Source of the DNA: Carcharhinus longimanus
Taxonomy: Eukaryota
Assembly (NCBI GenBank): GCA_030264375.1
Contig: JASCQW010000162.1
Location: forward strand, 62,718,371 to 62,782,370
Direction: 5' to 3'
Length of the DNA: 64,000 nucleotides
Shown here: positions 1 to 13,768 of the stretch, piece by piece
How positions within the stretch are numbered: position 1 is the stretch's first letter
How the letters are laid out: each line of letters opens with the position of its first letter
Notes under the pieces: model-generated
What the model was told of the DNA's origin: nothing
What the model saw: the letters and a program-made list of their open reading frames with translations, nothing else
Database searches by the model: none
Program-made: the position numbers and the translations under genes

Positions 1-2347
1 CCTGGGAAGCACTCAAGATAGGCAATAGCTGGTCCATCTGAAAGCTTTAGGACTTCTCCCAAAAACCTCAATTGGTCCAGTGTGGCCATCAGCCCCTCCT
101 GCCTTCCCTGGCTCTGTTGCTGCATCTCTAGCAGCTGAGGGAGAAGTGATCTCAGAGGCCAAGCATGTAGCCTGGGGTCAGCTGAGTCCTCGCCTCCAAC
201 AGGCCCGCACATGCCAGAAGCCTCAGACATTCCCTCCTCCACCCAATGTACATTATCAGATGTGTTATGCTCACCAGAGAGTGACGCAGAAGCCTCACCA
301 TTAACTGGACCCACCAACATGTCAGTGTCTGGAATGATGAGTTCTGAGGTGGAAGCTGACACAAAAACGATTCCACCCTTGGAGGTCCCTTCACTCATGT
401 CCTCTGAGGACTTGTCTGAGCTGTCTGGACCAGGATGGGTGAGACCTGCAGTACAGGCCTGTAGTCCAGAAGGCCCCAGGTGTCCAGATGTGTCCCTGCA
501 ACACAGGACACAAGATTAAGTGCAAGGGGGAAGATGCAAAACACATGCTTCACATTTCTATCTTGAACATAGAACAAGAAACTTACATCACAGGAACAGG
601 CCCTTCGGCCCTCCAAGCCTGTAGCTACCAGGCTGCCCATCTGATTTGCAACCCTCTACTCTCTGGGGACCATATGTCTCTATTCCCATCCCATAGCTGT
701 AAAGGTGGCCCTTAAAGATCACTATCGTATCTGTGTCCACAACCTTCCCCGGCAGCGAGTTCTAGGCACTCACTAAACCTCTCTGTGCAAATAAACATGC
801 CTCATACATCTCCTTTAAATCTTGCCCTTCGCACCCAAATCTCATGCCCCTGAGAAGTTGCCTCAAAGTGAGTGGAGGAATGACAGGTGCTCACATCTTG
901 ACGGCTGCCCAATGTTGCTGTCGCTGACAGCCTGCATCCCCCTCTCCCTTGAGAGCTCCAGCACCTGCTCCTCAAAGGGGGCAAGGACCAGGAGGTCTGG
1001 CTCACCACTTCGTCTTCGCCCTCATGGATGTTATGGTTGGTCTTTTCTTGCAGAGACAGAAGGAGCCATGAAAGAAATGGTGGCATGACTCCTGCAGATG
1101 GTGGTCCTTGGAGAGCAAGCACAGTAGGGCTCTTAGAGGAATAGGAAGGAGCTGCTTGGGGGGTCAGGGATTGGAAACATGCTGGGGATGGGAGGNNNNN
1201 NNNNNNNNNNNNNNNNNNNNNNNNNNNNNNNNNNNNNNNNNNNNNNNNNNNNNNNNNNNNNNNNNNNNNNNNNNNNNNNNNNNNNNNNNNNNNNNNNNNN
1301 NNNNNNNNNNNNNNNNNNNNNNNNNNNNNNNNNNNNNNNNNNNNNNNNNNNNNNNNNNNNNNNNNNNNNNNNNNNNNNNNNNNNNNNNNNNNNNNNNNNN
1401 NNNNNNNNNNNNNNNNNNNNNNNNNNNNNNNNNNNNNNNNNNNNNNNNNNNNNNNNNNNNNNNNNNNNNNNNNNNNNNNNNNNNNNNNNNNNNNNNNNNN
1501 NNNNNNNNNNNNNNNNNNNNNNNNNNNNNNNNNNNNNNNNNNNNNNNNNNNNNNNNNNNNNNNNNNNNNNNNNNNNNNNNNNNNNNNNNNNNNNNNNNNN
1601 NNNNNNNNNNNNNNNNNNNNNNNNNNNNNNNNNNNNNNNNNNNNNNNNNNNNNNNNNNNNNNNNNNNNNNNNNNNNNNNNNNNNNNNNNNNNNNNNNNNN
1701 NNNNNNNNNNNNNNNNNNNNNNNNNNNNNNNNNNNNNNNNNNNNNNNNNNNNNNNNNNNNNNNNNNNNAGGGTGGATCTTTCTCCCTGAGATCGGTGGGG
1801 GAAAGGGGGTCTACTGTCACTCTGCCTGAGATCAGTGGGGGGTGGAGTAGGGGAGTAGGGTCCACTTCCACTCTGCCTGAGATCGGGGGTGAGGAGGTGG
1901 GGAAGGAGGGGGGTCCGCTGCATTCTGCCTGAGATCAGCGGTGGGGGGAAGGAGGTTCCGCTGCCACTCTGTGCCTGAGATTGGTGGGGGAAGAGGGAGT
2001 GGCCAGCGATTGGTCTGGGTGGCAGGGGGATGGAAGGATAACGGGGTCAGTAATGTTGTGGGGGGTGGGGCAATGTCTGTGGGGGCAAGGGGGAGGCATT
2101 ATTCAGCCCAGGAGGGATGTGGCAGGGAGCGTTATTCTATCTTTTTTTCGCATGCGCAGAAGAAGGCGCTGATCGAAGCTGAAGGATTTCGGGCGCATTA
2201 AGCCTTGCCCAAGATTCAGAATCACTGATGTTTTATCAGACAGTGTGCATATGGGGGTGCCTGAGAATGGATCTAAAAGTCGGATCTGAAACGCTCCCAG
2301 TTTCAAGTCCACCCAGCACTTAGAATCAAAATGGTAAACTATGGCCC
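1..2347 (-). mobile_element. Decayed Harbinger element (Myb/SANT-like ORF region and one terminus)
   Basis: Frameshifted EKTNHN...GEPDLLVLAP-EEQVLEL near 950-1050 resembles the Harbinger accessory protein; ends ...GTAAACTATGGCCC, a GGGC-type terminus; interrupted by a CR1 piece (~565-840) and a gap. Confidence 0.55.
1770..2000. repeat. G-rich minisatellite with a ~40-bp unit containing CTGCCTGAGATCGGTGGGGG
   Basis: Five visible CCTGAGAT-containing units; abuts gap 1196-1768, which probably hides more units. Confidence 0.75.
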
Positions 2348-5300
2348 TGATAGTCAATTGATTTTCTCTTTGTGGATTCAGCTAGAACCCTTTCAGGCAC
2401 TCAAAGAAGGGAGTTTGAAACCTTCCAGTACAAGAAGTTGTCCCTGATTGAGTACCTCAGACTGGCACATTCCAAAGCCCAGGACTACGTGCTCCAAAGC
2501 TTGCGGCAGCTGCTGCAGAGGTACAATGGGAAAGATTGCTGTCTTTAAGATCTTTCAACCACAATGAACTGAAGAGAACAGAACCTCCTTAGGCCAAATG
2601 ACTCACTGAATGGATGCATTAAATATTGTATGTATCTCAGTTGTACTGAAGCATCTTCGAGTGCAACCTGTTCCAGGTAGACAACTTCTAAAATAAGAAC
2701 ATAATAAGAACATAAGAAATTGGAGCAGGAGTAGGCCATCTGGCCCTTCGAGCCTGCCCCGCCATTCAATAAGATCATGGNNNNNNNNNNNNNNNNNNNN
2801 NNNNNNNNNNNNNNNNNNNNNNNNNNNNNNNNNNNNNNNNNNNNNNNNNNNNNNNNNNNNNNNNNNNNNNNNNNNNNNNNCCCATTCGCCTTCCTGACCA
2901 CCTGCTGCACCTGCAAGCTGGGTTTTTGCGACTCATGCACAAGGACCCCAAGGTCCCCAACATTTGTAAGACTGTTGTAAAATGTCTGAAACATTTCCTT
3001 TACTGTACTGAGTCATCTCAGAGTGTTACTTGATCTTTGTAAGGAATCTGAATACCATTGCTTTTTGTTTCAGAAAACTAACACTTGCCTAATATGGAAA
3101 GATGACTTGGCATTGTATATGGGTCATTTATTAACAGCAACCAACAGAGCTTGCCTGCAGAAAGCATTGAAAAGGGCAGAAAGCAGGCAGATTCACAGAA
3201 CCAGCTTGAAGAAGATTTGGCCCAAAAAGAGACATCTGAAAACAGCTAGGACTTGCGCTATAAGTTACTAGACAGCTTGAAAGTGCCATGCCTGCAAAAC
3301 CTGAATATAAGAATGCTTCCCGTCCCTGATGGCACATGCTAAGTCCAACTGTTAAAGCAACCTCCAGCAATTCAGCAGGAGAAGCCATCACATCTGCAGC
3401 AAAAACTACACAACCTCAAAACCTTTAATTCAGACTACACAACACCTCAAATTTAAAATATAGCAGGCCTGTGTCAAGCGTGGGCTAATCTTGAACTATA
3501 TTTCACTGGAATGAAGTTCTCCCTCCAACTTAATTTCTCTGCTAGCGAGAATTCAGAACATTTGATTTGACGACGGTACATAAGGAGCTTTTCACTGGCG
3601 AGCTTTTCCTGTTCCATGACTTTCAGTTCCATAGATGTTGCTTTCTCTTTCTTGGGAACTGCCAAGGTACTTGGGTAAAAGGAAGATCCAAGAATTGAAG
3701 AAAAATAAAATTGGGATAAAAAATTGGATAAAAGGAGAAATGATACAGATGCATCTGTTTGAAGGTGTTTTTGACATGTGAATTAGCTTAGCACCGGCAG
3801 GACAAGTGTTTACCTAAGTGACTACAGGGTGAACAATTGGGTATAAAGATAGGTGTTAGAACTGTAGGAGAGGTGAGTTCGAAGTGGAGAGATAATACAA
3901 TTCACACCTCTATGCTACCGATCTGGTCCAAGGTGCTATTCGGATAAAATAATACCAAAGGCAAAAAACGGTATATCCAGAGCAGGGTACGCAGCTATTG
4001 ATATGGCCATGCCCAGTTGGTAGAGCAGGCACTCCCGAAAACAAGTTGGTGCTGAAAGCTGCACTTTAAAAAAACTCTTAAGAGAAGGAGCACTACACTG
4101 AACTGAAGAAAGGTTTTTCCACACTGAAAGATAACTTATGGGTGGTAACTATATGCTGGATTTAGCTCATAGAGTTATATAATATTGGGAGTTGTTTGGG
4201 AAAGGAACATTTTTCAGAGATCAGGACATAGATAGCTGGGAACAGGATAACTTCATCAGATAGTGTGTGTGTGTGTGTGTGTGTGTGTGGCCATTATTGT
4301 ATTATGTGTACTGTTGCAGTGTATTGTAGTCTTGTGTGATTCTTTTAAGTTAATAAATATTCTTTGTTAATTGATTGCAAGACTTGTATGTTCCCTGCTG
4401 GGTTGCATATCTTTCCTCTCATTATACCAAATTGAAAGAATACACCACTAAGAACTTGTGTTCCAAGTTGCCGTTCTGGATTTTAGGATACCCTCACATT
4501 TAACATCAGTGGGATTCTTAACAGGAACATTGCATAACTACGTGTTAGTGAATACTGTGCCAAGACTGGAGAAGGGAGGCTGGCGATGGATGGAAGTGAG
4601 GGGAGTGTGGAAGGGTGGAAGGAAGAGTGGATATGGGAGGCAGCCTTATGGGGTAAAGGTGGACAAGAGAGTGCCCATAGAATGGAGGGCAATATTGGGA
4701 AGGAAAATGGGAATGTCCAAGGAAGGGATGAATGGAGAATCTTAAGAGGGCATTGTTGGCAATGTCAATAGTGGGGCCATTGATGGTCAGAAGATTGGCA
4801 GGGGGCAACATAAGGTACTGGGGAAAGAAGGGAATAGTCAGAGAGAGAGGGGATGTAGTAGTGGCAGATACAAGATGAGTGGCTAGTATGCAATGGTCTC
4901 ATAAGTGAGGGACAAAACTGGTGGGCATAAGGCTGATAACATGTGTTGTCGGCTCTGAGGGGAGGGAGAGGGGAGGGAGAGCTAGGCTTGTACTCGTTAG
5001 AGTTTAGAAGAATGAGGGGAGATCTCATTGAGACATATAAGATGATGAATTGGATGGNNNNNNNNNNNNNNNNNNNNNNNNNNNNNNNNNNNNNNNNNNN
5101 NNNNNNNNNNNNNNNNNNNNNNNNNNNNNNNNNNNNNNNNNNNNNNNNNNNNNNNNNCATGATCTTATTGAATGGCGGGGCAGGCTCGAAGGGCTAGATG
5201 GCCTACTCCTGCTCCAATTTCTTATGTTCTTATGCTCTTATATGAAGGTGGATTGTAGGAGGGTACTGGTAACTGGAGAGTGTTCAAGAGTGACAGAGGG

Positions 5301-6149
5301 GTGAGGAATGATGATATTGGGTCTATGGTGATGGGGTAAGTTGGTGGGTGACAAAGGGAGGAAAGGATGTGGTGGAGAATTTGAATGGTGATGCCCAACA
5401 TTACTCCAAACTGACCTTGACCACACAACTGGTCATTAAGTGAGTTCGCTCCAGGTGACAGGAGGGTCTTCTCAGATAGTTGGAGTTCAAGATCAGCGCA
5501 AGTTTTAAAGTTAAAGTTACTGTTACCGACTAAAGAGACACCTTAATAATTAGGAGGCAACTGAATTCAAAGATACTCATTTGTGTTCTCCATTGTGGTG
5601 AAGCTCATATTGCAGCAGGCTTGTTCCTGACTCACAAGTCTCACAACACTGAGATCCCAGTGTGGTGTGGAGCTGTCATTCATTCTGTGCCATTTGCTAT
5701 TGGCTACAGTCAGCGGTGGAGTGAAGGAGAGAGGGAGGTTGAATACTTCTAGGACGCATGACTGATGGAGGGCAATTAACTCATGAGTCTAAACCTCCAT
5801 CTCCGGCTGAATGCTCATGGCTGACATGCAGTTAAGCTTTTTATACTGCCAAGATAATGCTCTCTCTATAAAGTCTCAATGATAGGTGCAGACAAACAGA
5901 GAAGTGTCTATATGAGGATTATTGCGTATGGCTCTCATTACCCTGGTCAAAGAGCAATGCCTCCAAATGCATTCATATAAGAACTGGAGGAACACTTATC
6001 TCTGGTCCTCCAGAATGTCCTTATCTGGAAGGTGTGGGATGGGAATGTTTTGTCCAGACAGCAGCCAGGTGAACGGCTTGGTATTTGCCTGCTAGCTTTG
6101 TGGTAGAGTGAAACCTATAAAGTATTCAGTCACTAAATTTATGATTTCA

Positions 6150-6506
6150 ATTTGTTCTCACACCACTGAGGCATGATGAAGAAGGCAGGAGACAACTCTG
6201 CTTTGGTAATGGCTCATATTCAGATGAGAAGAAAGAAAGACCTTCACAGGTTGGCAGAGGGCCAGGAAGTGCAAGGGCTGAGCAGCATGAGGCAGTGGGG
6301 CCTCTGTGAGGTGAAGATGCTGGTGAACATGGACTACTGCAAAAGCAAGCATTGACTCAACCATGGGTGTATCACCAGCGGTGCTCTTATCCAGAAATGA
6401 GGGAAAACCAATGTTGGATGTGCCACAGTATGTCCTGGGATGTGTTTGCTCACATCTGCCAGCTTTTCCAGTATCAGCTAAGGCTGCAAGAACTCTAAAG
6501 GAGTAC
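6150..6506 (+). mobile_element. Second decayed Harbinger transposase N-terminal fragment
   Basis: 6361 frame PWVYHQRCSYPEMRENQCWMCHSMSWDVFAHICQLFQ parallels the N-terminus of the element at 9.9 kb. Confidence 0.5.
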
Positions 6507-8543
6507 TCATAGAATCCCTACAGTGCAGAAGGAGGCCATTTGGCCCATCAAGCCTGTACTGATCACAATCCCACCAGGCCCTATTCCCATAACCTCACAT
6601 ATTTACCCTGCTAAAGAATGAGGGGAGATCTCATTGAGACGTATAAGATGATGAATGGGATGGATAGGATAGAGGTGGAGAGACTCTTNNNNNNNNNNNN
6701 NNNNNNNNNNNNNNNNNNNNNNNNNNNNNNNNNNNNGACCAGAATTGAACCCGGCTCCCTGGCACTGAGAGGCAGTAGTGTTAACCGTTGTACCATCATG
6801 CAGCCCAGTGCAGAACTCTTGGTCTGCAAAGAGTGAACACCAGTCTGGGTGACCTTTTAATGTGGTGCCACAACCTTTGACCCCACAAGGTAACAACAGG
6901 CAAATTCCTGCCCATCCCCCATGAGATTGGCCAAGCTCCTCACTGATGCATAATTAATTAATTGAACAGCAGATTGTGCGTGTTCACCATGCACAGTGGG
7001 AATCTCACAACCTTCCTGCTTGATCTCCAGAATGGAAAATTCCACTTTTTGTCTTTTCTTAGGTAACTCCCAGAGCTACAGAGTGAGATAGACTAACCTT
7101 GTCCTTTTCAAGTAAAAAAGCCTTTGCTGCTGGGTTATTTTAAACTGAATTTCTCACTCCACAGGTAAGAAATTATGCACATGCACAGATACAAGTGCAT
7201 TGTTCTCAGGCGACCAATTTGGGGACACATAAAGCTTCTGTGACATCTGATTTACATGAGATTCACAAGACTTCCAGCTGCACATAGTGGGTTCTACAAC
7301 TGACTGGAAAGTCTGCAAAGTTAAAATAGTGTTAGGCTGGAGCAGCATTAAGTTGTTAAGTACAGCCAGCCTAATTTTAACACCTTGCACTTCCATTAGC
7401 TGCCTCGGTGGAGTGAGGTTACAGTGACCCCGCAACTTACGATTTTTAACATGGGGAGATTGCTGGCTTGGGCTTTGTCAACAACTGGTCTTTCATGTTT
7501 AAGCATTTCAGTCTGCATTTCAGTACAGTGTGTAAGATCCAAGTTACTCATCACATGGACTCTTATCTTCCTTGTTTGCACAGCTTGCACTGTGAGTGCA
7601 TAAACCAAACAGCTGGTAAACAGTCTTTTGTGTAGCTCGAACGACAATTAGGATTTAAAAAATGGATCAGAAGTACGAAATACAGGAGTTAGCATATTAT
7701 CAGTGTTGGATGAACATTTAAGTGATTGAAATTGTGGGGCAGGGGCTAAGTTGACAGACTGAGCCTTAGTCTGATGCCACCCATTCCACATGAAACCCAG
7801 TCCGCCAGAAGTTTTTTTTTACTGGACATGATTGGCTGCAAACTGGAACTTTTTAATTGCAGTAAGCTTTAGAAAAGGCTTTGGAAAAAGAGGCATAAAG
7901 TACACAAGCAGCAGGTTATGGTAAATCTTTATACGCCACTGGCTAGCCACCAGATGGAATATTTTGAGCATTTCTGGGCACCAAACGTAGAGAAGACAGC
8001 AAAGCCTTGGTAGGGTGCACAGCAGATTTGCAAGGATGAAATGTGGGATGAAGAACAATTTTATGTGGAGAAACAAGAGAATTTAGGATTTTTATCCTTA
8101 CCGCAGAGGGTAAGGGGAGATTTAATAGATGTGTTCAAAATTATGAGGGATTCTAATAAAATAGAGTGGCAGGGTTGCCCTCTGAAGAGAGATTGAGGAG
8201 ATTGGGCCTTTATTATGTCGAGTTTAGAGGAATCGAGAGGTGATCCCATTGAAGTATGCAAAATTCTCACAGGCCTTAACAAGTTAGAGGCAGACAGGAT
8301 GTTTCTTCTGGCTGGGGGGATCTTTAGGAGGAAACTGGAGAAGCTGGAGGAAACTCATGCAGACATGGGGAGAACATACAACTCCGCACACACGGTGACT
8401 CAAACTGGGAAATGAACCCTGGCACTGTAAGACAGCGGTGCTAATCACCATCCCACTGTGCCACCCACCATGTCTGAAGTGGGACTTGAACCCAGAATTT
8501 CTGGCTCAGAGGCAGGAATGTTGTCTACTGTGCCACAAGATTT

Positions 8544-11500
8544 CCCCTGGAAATTACGGTCGTGATCTTGCATCGCAATCTGCAACTTTTCTAGTGAGTC
8601 AGGCCGGGAGATGAGCATGTCGGCCATTTTGCGGGTTCCCTGGGAGATTTTACGACCTGCACGCACCTCCTAACCACAGAAAAATGGTGCTGCCGGGAAC
8701 CTGCAGAAAACTGGCAGGCCGCTGATTTGCATGAGTTTATATAACTTTACATACCATTATCGGGCTCTCCATCCTCATCTGCTTCTCCCACCTCTTTGGC
8801 ATGATATAACTTTGGCGCGAATCAGAGTAGGTATTTAAAAGTATCAACAAGGCGCAGCAGCCTTGAACTAGCGTGAGGTTCTGCTTGGGGAGCATGGGGA
8901 ATGTTGCAAGCAGGCTCTGGAAATGCCTGGTGGTCTTCCTTCTGCTGCCTTCAGGTGTTGACCCATGGACCAGTGATATTTGGGGTGGTGGGGTTTATTG
9001 GGGGGGGGGCTTCTATTTCCTCACAGCCCTGTGAGTGAGGGTCTGTCAGTTCCGCCACCCCTCCCTCACCCTCACCCCTCCATCTTCACCTCCCCCCCCA
9101 CTATGCTCCCCCCTCCCACCAGGCAGTGCAGTAGCACAGTGTGAGAGGCAGCCTTGAGGGCTCCCGCTCACCCTCGCCCTCCACGGCACTTTGCGGTGGT
9201 ATTGTCTTGCTGTGGGGTGTGGTCAGGGACTCGACTGAGTGCTGGTGTTCCAGGGTGGGAGAGGAGTGCACGATGTGCTGACTGAGGCCTGACCGGATGA
9301 AGCAGCTCCAGGCCGGGGTGCAGAGGTTCAGACATGGACTGCATGGAATCTGCTGTCACTGGGCAACACACCTGGTACTGATTTGCAGTCTGTCCCTGCC
9401 CTGTGACATGGACCAGTAACACATGCCTGTAATGAATGCTACAGTTGCACACGTGGAAATGGCTCAGGATGCGCATTGCCCAAGTCTGCACACCGACCTG
9501 CAAATTCTGTACCAGCATTTATCACAATGGGAATTTCACACAACCCTAAATCGGGTCACGCATGGCACCATGGATTGTGTGGGATTGCCAGTTTCCACAA
9601 GTGGGGGTACTGGCCCAAGTGACAGATTGGTGTGGTGTTAGGTCTATGCAGCCAATGAGAATAGTCTGTCATTCTATGTTCTTTCCAAACCCCAATATGC
9701 AGCTGGATCTCGGTTTGCTCGATCTACAGCTGGACATGTTGGTGGCAGCAGGGGCGAAAGAGGAGGAGGAGGAGGCTCAGGAGGTGGCGGGCGTGGAGAT
9801 ACCACCGCAGGAGCAGCTACCACCAGTCCCTCAGGAAGCAGGGCAGGGGGCTGAGGCTGAGGGCCACGAGGTGGATGGGCAGCCTCGCGAGAGGGTGCAC
9901 AGAAGGCGGAAGGTGCTGAAGGCAAGGAGGTATAGGCTCCACAATTCCTTCAAGGCCCTCTTGCAGAACATGTGCCATCGCTGGCTGTCTCCAAGACCAC
10001 TGTGCAACACATTTGTGAGGGGAGGGGTGGCCACTCGCTCCCTGTGGAGGTGAAGGTGATAGCAGCCCTGAATTTCTATGTCTCCAGATCATTCCAGGTT
10101 CCCAGTGGCAACCTAGCTGTGATCTCTAGGACTCCATACACAGATGTCGCGACAGATCACAGATCCGGGCAGGGCAATTCATCAATTTCAATATGGGCTG
10201 TGCACAGCAGGAGGCCTGGGCTCTTGGCTTTGCATCCATCACTGGGATCCCGAACGTACAGGGTGCAGTGGATGGCACACACATCACCTTGTGAGCTCCC
10301 CATGCATGGCCACAGCAATTTTTGAACACTCCCTGAACATCCAAATTGTCTGCGTCCATCAAATGAAAATCTTGCAGGTCAATGAACGCCAGCCAAGGAG
10401 TGTCCATGACAGCTTTGTGATCTGGTAGTTGGTCATCCTTGGGCTCTTTGAAGACCAGCCCAGGCTCCTGGGATGGCTACAGGGTGAGAAGGCTCACCCA
10501 CTAAGGTTATGGCTGATGACGCCGGTGTGGAGGCCCCAGATTGAGGTGGAGACCCGCTACAACGAGACCCATTCAGCCACCCGGTCCATCATTGAGTGTT
10601 TTATTAGCCTGCTGGAGTTGCAGTTCATCTGCTTGGACCGCTCTGGGGGGGTCCTCCAGTATGATTCTGTGCGTGCTTCATGCATCACCATCATTTGACG
10701 CGCTCTTCGCAACATCGCCCAGCAGCAGGAAGAGCAGCTGGAGCAGGAGGAAGAGGAGGAGGAGCAGCGAGGGGGCAAGGTAGACGCCCCACCATATGAG
10801 GAGCCAGAGGAAAGAGGGCGGGTGGCGATGCAGGTATCCGGCAGGGAAGGGCAGCGAGGGATGCCTTGATTGCAGCCCACCTCACCAAGCTCGTGCTGTA
10901 CTGTGAGGAGGCTGCAACCAACAGACATCCACTACACCCCAGGTGTAAGTGCAGCCACTATTCACCTCCAAACCGTCCTGGATCTCAAATCACCACATCA
11001 CCTTTCCCTTGCTTCCGTCATCCCACCACCATATCTCCCAGAAACATCCGACCCTATTAATGTTCCTGGGCTGGCAATGGTTGCAAGTCTTGGTTGAAGG
11101 CTGGAGGATGATGACGACCCTCTGTTATGCACACTAGGATCCTGTCCCTGGTGCCACTCCTACCTGTACTCCAAATGCACACTACCACCTTGTTCCACGT
11201 AGCTGTAAGGATTGGAGACACATATTTGTTGGGCAATCGGTGGGAGGGTGGCACACTTGCACCAATGGTCTGGTGGATATTGGGGAAGGTGGGGCAGGCA
11301 CTCTGAAACATGTGGCTGAGTCTGCAAGATTCAACAAATAGCACCTCTATGTTTGGGAGTCGGAAACACTGAGCTGTGGGGGGAAGAGAATCAGAGACAC
11401 ATTAGTCACAGTTTGATGTTCAATTAACCTTTTATTGCGTTCTTAATGAAAATGATTACCAAACTCTGACTAATGCTGACCTTCGTCTGTGCCCTCTTAG

Positions 11501-12010
11501 TGAACTACAGCTTTCTAACTTTGTGCTGTCTACTGCTTCTTCTCAGTGCTACCCCAGGATGCACATCAGAGGTGGAGGTGTCCAGCTGTGATGCACGCCC
11601 CGTTGTCTGTGATGCCCATGGCAGATGTGCCCTGAGTGGCCAGAACCTGGAGGGCCCCGACTGACTTGTGGATGGCACTGTTTCACTGCCAGCCTGTTCA
11701 TCTTGCCGACTCTGAGATGCTCCAGTGTGAGGAAGGGAGGAATCAGAATGTCTCAGGATATTCAATATCTCCTGCATGGAAGGCCTCGGCATGGGCTAAA
11801 GCCCTTCCTCCTCCCTTGGGGTGCCCAGAGGCCCCGGGGACACTCCATGGGACGCCAGGTAGCTGGACGGAGCTCCAGAAGCTCCGGCGTCACCTGGTTC
11901 TGCCAGTCCTGGAAGCCTAGAGGCATCTGCCCCATGATCTGTGATCCCTTAGCCCTCGCCCTCTGAGATTGGGCCAAGTTCCACAACCCCTCTGCTACAG
12001 CATTCTGTGA
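8544..12010 (+). mobile_element. Decayed PIF/Harbinger element: DDE transposase on + (~9700-10880) and convergent accessory ORF remnant on - (~11470-12000)
   Basis: LPVEVKVIAALNFY, GIPNVQGAVDGTHI*, HSLNIQIVC...SVHDSFVIW*, GWLQGEKAHPLRLWLMTP...RYNETHSATRSIIE...LDRSGGVLQY; stops and frameshifts; minus-strand AATAAA ~11431. Confidence 0.88.
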
Positions 12011-12148
12011 GCAAATCAGGAGAAGTCTACAGGAACATTATCACTCACATGGCAGAGGTCAATCATAACTACAACAGGCAAAGTCCTATAAATGAAAGTG
12101 AGAGGGACAACATATTACTTTACAATATTTGTATGGAAAATTTTGAAA

Positions 12149-12472
12149 GGGTGGCATGGTGGCATAGTGGTTAGCACTGCTGCCTCAGTACCAGGGACCC
12201 GGGTTCAGCTCCAGACTTGGGCCACTGTCTGTGTGGAGTTTGCACATTCTCCTCACGTTTGTGTGGGTTTCCTCCCACAGTCCAAAGATGAGCAACTTAG
12301 GTGGATTGGTAAATTACCCCTTGGTGTCCAAAGTTACATAGGTGAGGGGGATTAGTGGAGTAAATACAGGGTTATGGGGATAGGGCCTGAGTAAGATCCT
12401 CTGTCAAAGAGCTGGTGCAGACTCAATGGGCCAAATGGCCTCCTTCTGCGCTGCAAGGATTCGATAATTCTG
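12149..12472 (+). mobile_element. HE1/V-type tRNA-derived SINE
   Basis: A box TGGCATAGTGG, B box GGGTTCAGCTCC, V-domain GTGTGGAGTTTGCACATTCTCC, CR1-like tail GGCCAAATGGCCTCCTTCTG. Confidence 0.9.
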
Positions 12473-13768
12473 TAATTTCCAGAGATAATGATGTGGAAAC
12501 GAGAAGAGAGGTCATTGCAGATGATTGGCCATGATTGGATAAATGGAAATAGGTTAATATAATTTTGAACATTCATATGCTGCCTTTTTTTGGTGAATAT
12601 CTAAAGCGTGTGGTGTAATAAGGAGTCAATGTTAGATTGTTTTGAAAGTGTGTGGCAATTGCCTAATAGATTAGATACCAAATACTTGCTGCAGCACACT
12701 CGTGTTGTTGCAATCCTGTCCGCAACCTTGAGCTAAAATGTGTTTACTGGTCCAGTGTGCGATTACAGATTTCATTAGTATCATTATTTATCTCTGCTTT
12801 CTAACTATCTGACTGAAGTCTTAGACACAAACGTGGACCACTGAAGTAATTGGGTAACTTTTACAAAGACGAGTACTTATATTCACATTGGGCAGAATTC
12901 AACGCCCTCCCCTGAGGTAAGTTTGGAGGCAGGGGAGGACATTTAATCAGGTGGGAGGAAGCCAGGTGGGGATCCCACTGCCTACCCATGTCTGCTCCAA
13001 TTAAGTGTAGGGTGAAATTTTACCAGCATGATCTTCCATTCCAACTGAAGTCAATGGAGTTTCAAACAGTTTGCTGCATTTTGCAGTCCCAAGGCCGGTA
13101 CGCCCTGTTAGTTATAGCTGAAATGCAAGATACCATTTATATTCAATATTCTTTTCTAATCAGTGCTCTGATACATAAAACCCAGGGCTCCATTTAATAG
13201 CCTTTTATATTTGACTGACTTGATTTGGTGTGCAATGTGCGGTGATGCAGAGTGATGATCACACAGGCAAGTGATATGACAGATGATATGCTCTTATCAC
13301 ATAGTTTAAGGAGAAACCTTGTCCCCTTTGTTTCAAAGGGATATGGTGTCTCCAGTCAGGCTTTCAGAATGAGCACTTGCAAGGTTACAAAACCAAAGAT
13401 ATGCCCAATTCATTGTCTGGCTTCAGCATTAACTTGCTAGGGCACTACTGAGCTGTGCTATCCAAGCTCCAGTCCATTCACCCTTCTCCCCTCCTGCAAT
13501 CAGCAACCAGTCAGTTGCAATCTCCAGCTCACTGCCTCTTTCTGCTAGTTGGTGACCGACATGACAAGCAAACACCTGACCACTTGACTTGCAGAAAAAC
13601 ATGCCAGTTATCTTTGAATTCATTCCATAAAAATACAAATGGCTTTGACAAATTAACCCATTTCTGACATTGCAATCGTAATCTTCAGAGTGGATCACAG
13701 ATTGGGACTCTGAAAGAGGCTGATCTAATTTACTGGTTAACAATGTATAACTGGATATGTTGACAAGT

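Noticed and set aside
802-1932. Long ORFs of 216-373 aa in the ORF track
   Set aside because: They consist mostly of X from the N gap.
2973-4444. Possible solo LTRs (also ~24060-24790, ~37400-37770, ~48685-49230)
   Set aside because: Composition and AATAAA look LTR-like, but I could not define TG..CA ends with matching TSDs.
9562-10880. Functional HARBI1 host gene
   Set aside because: Multiple stops and frameshifts, an altered catalytic motif and transposon context.
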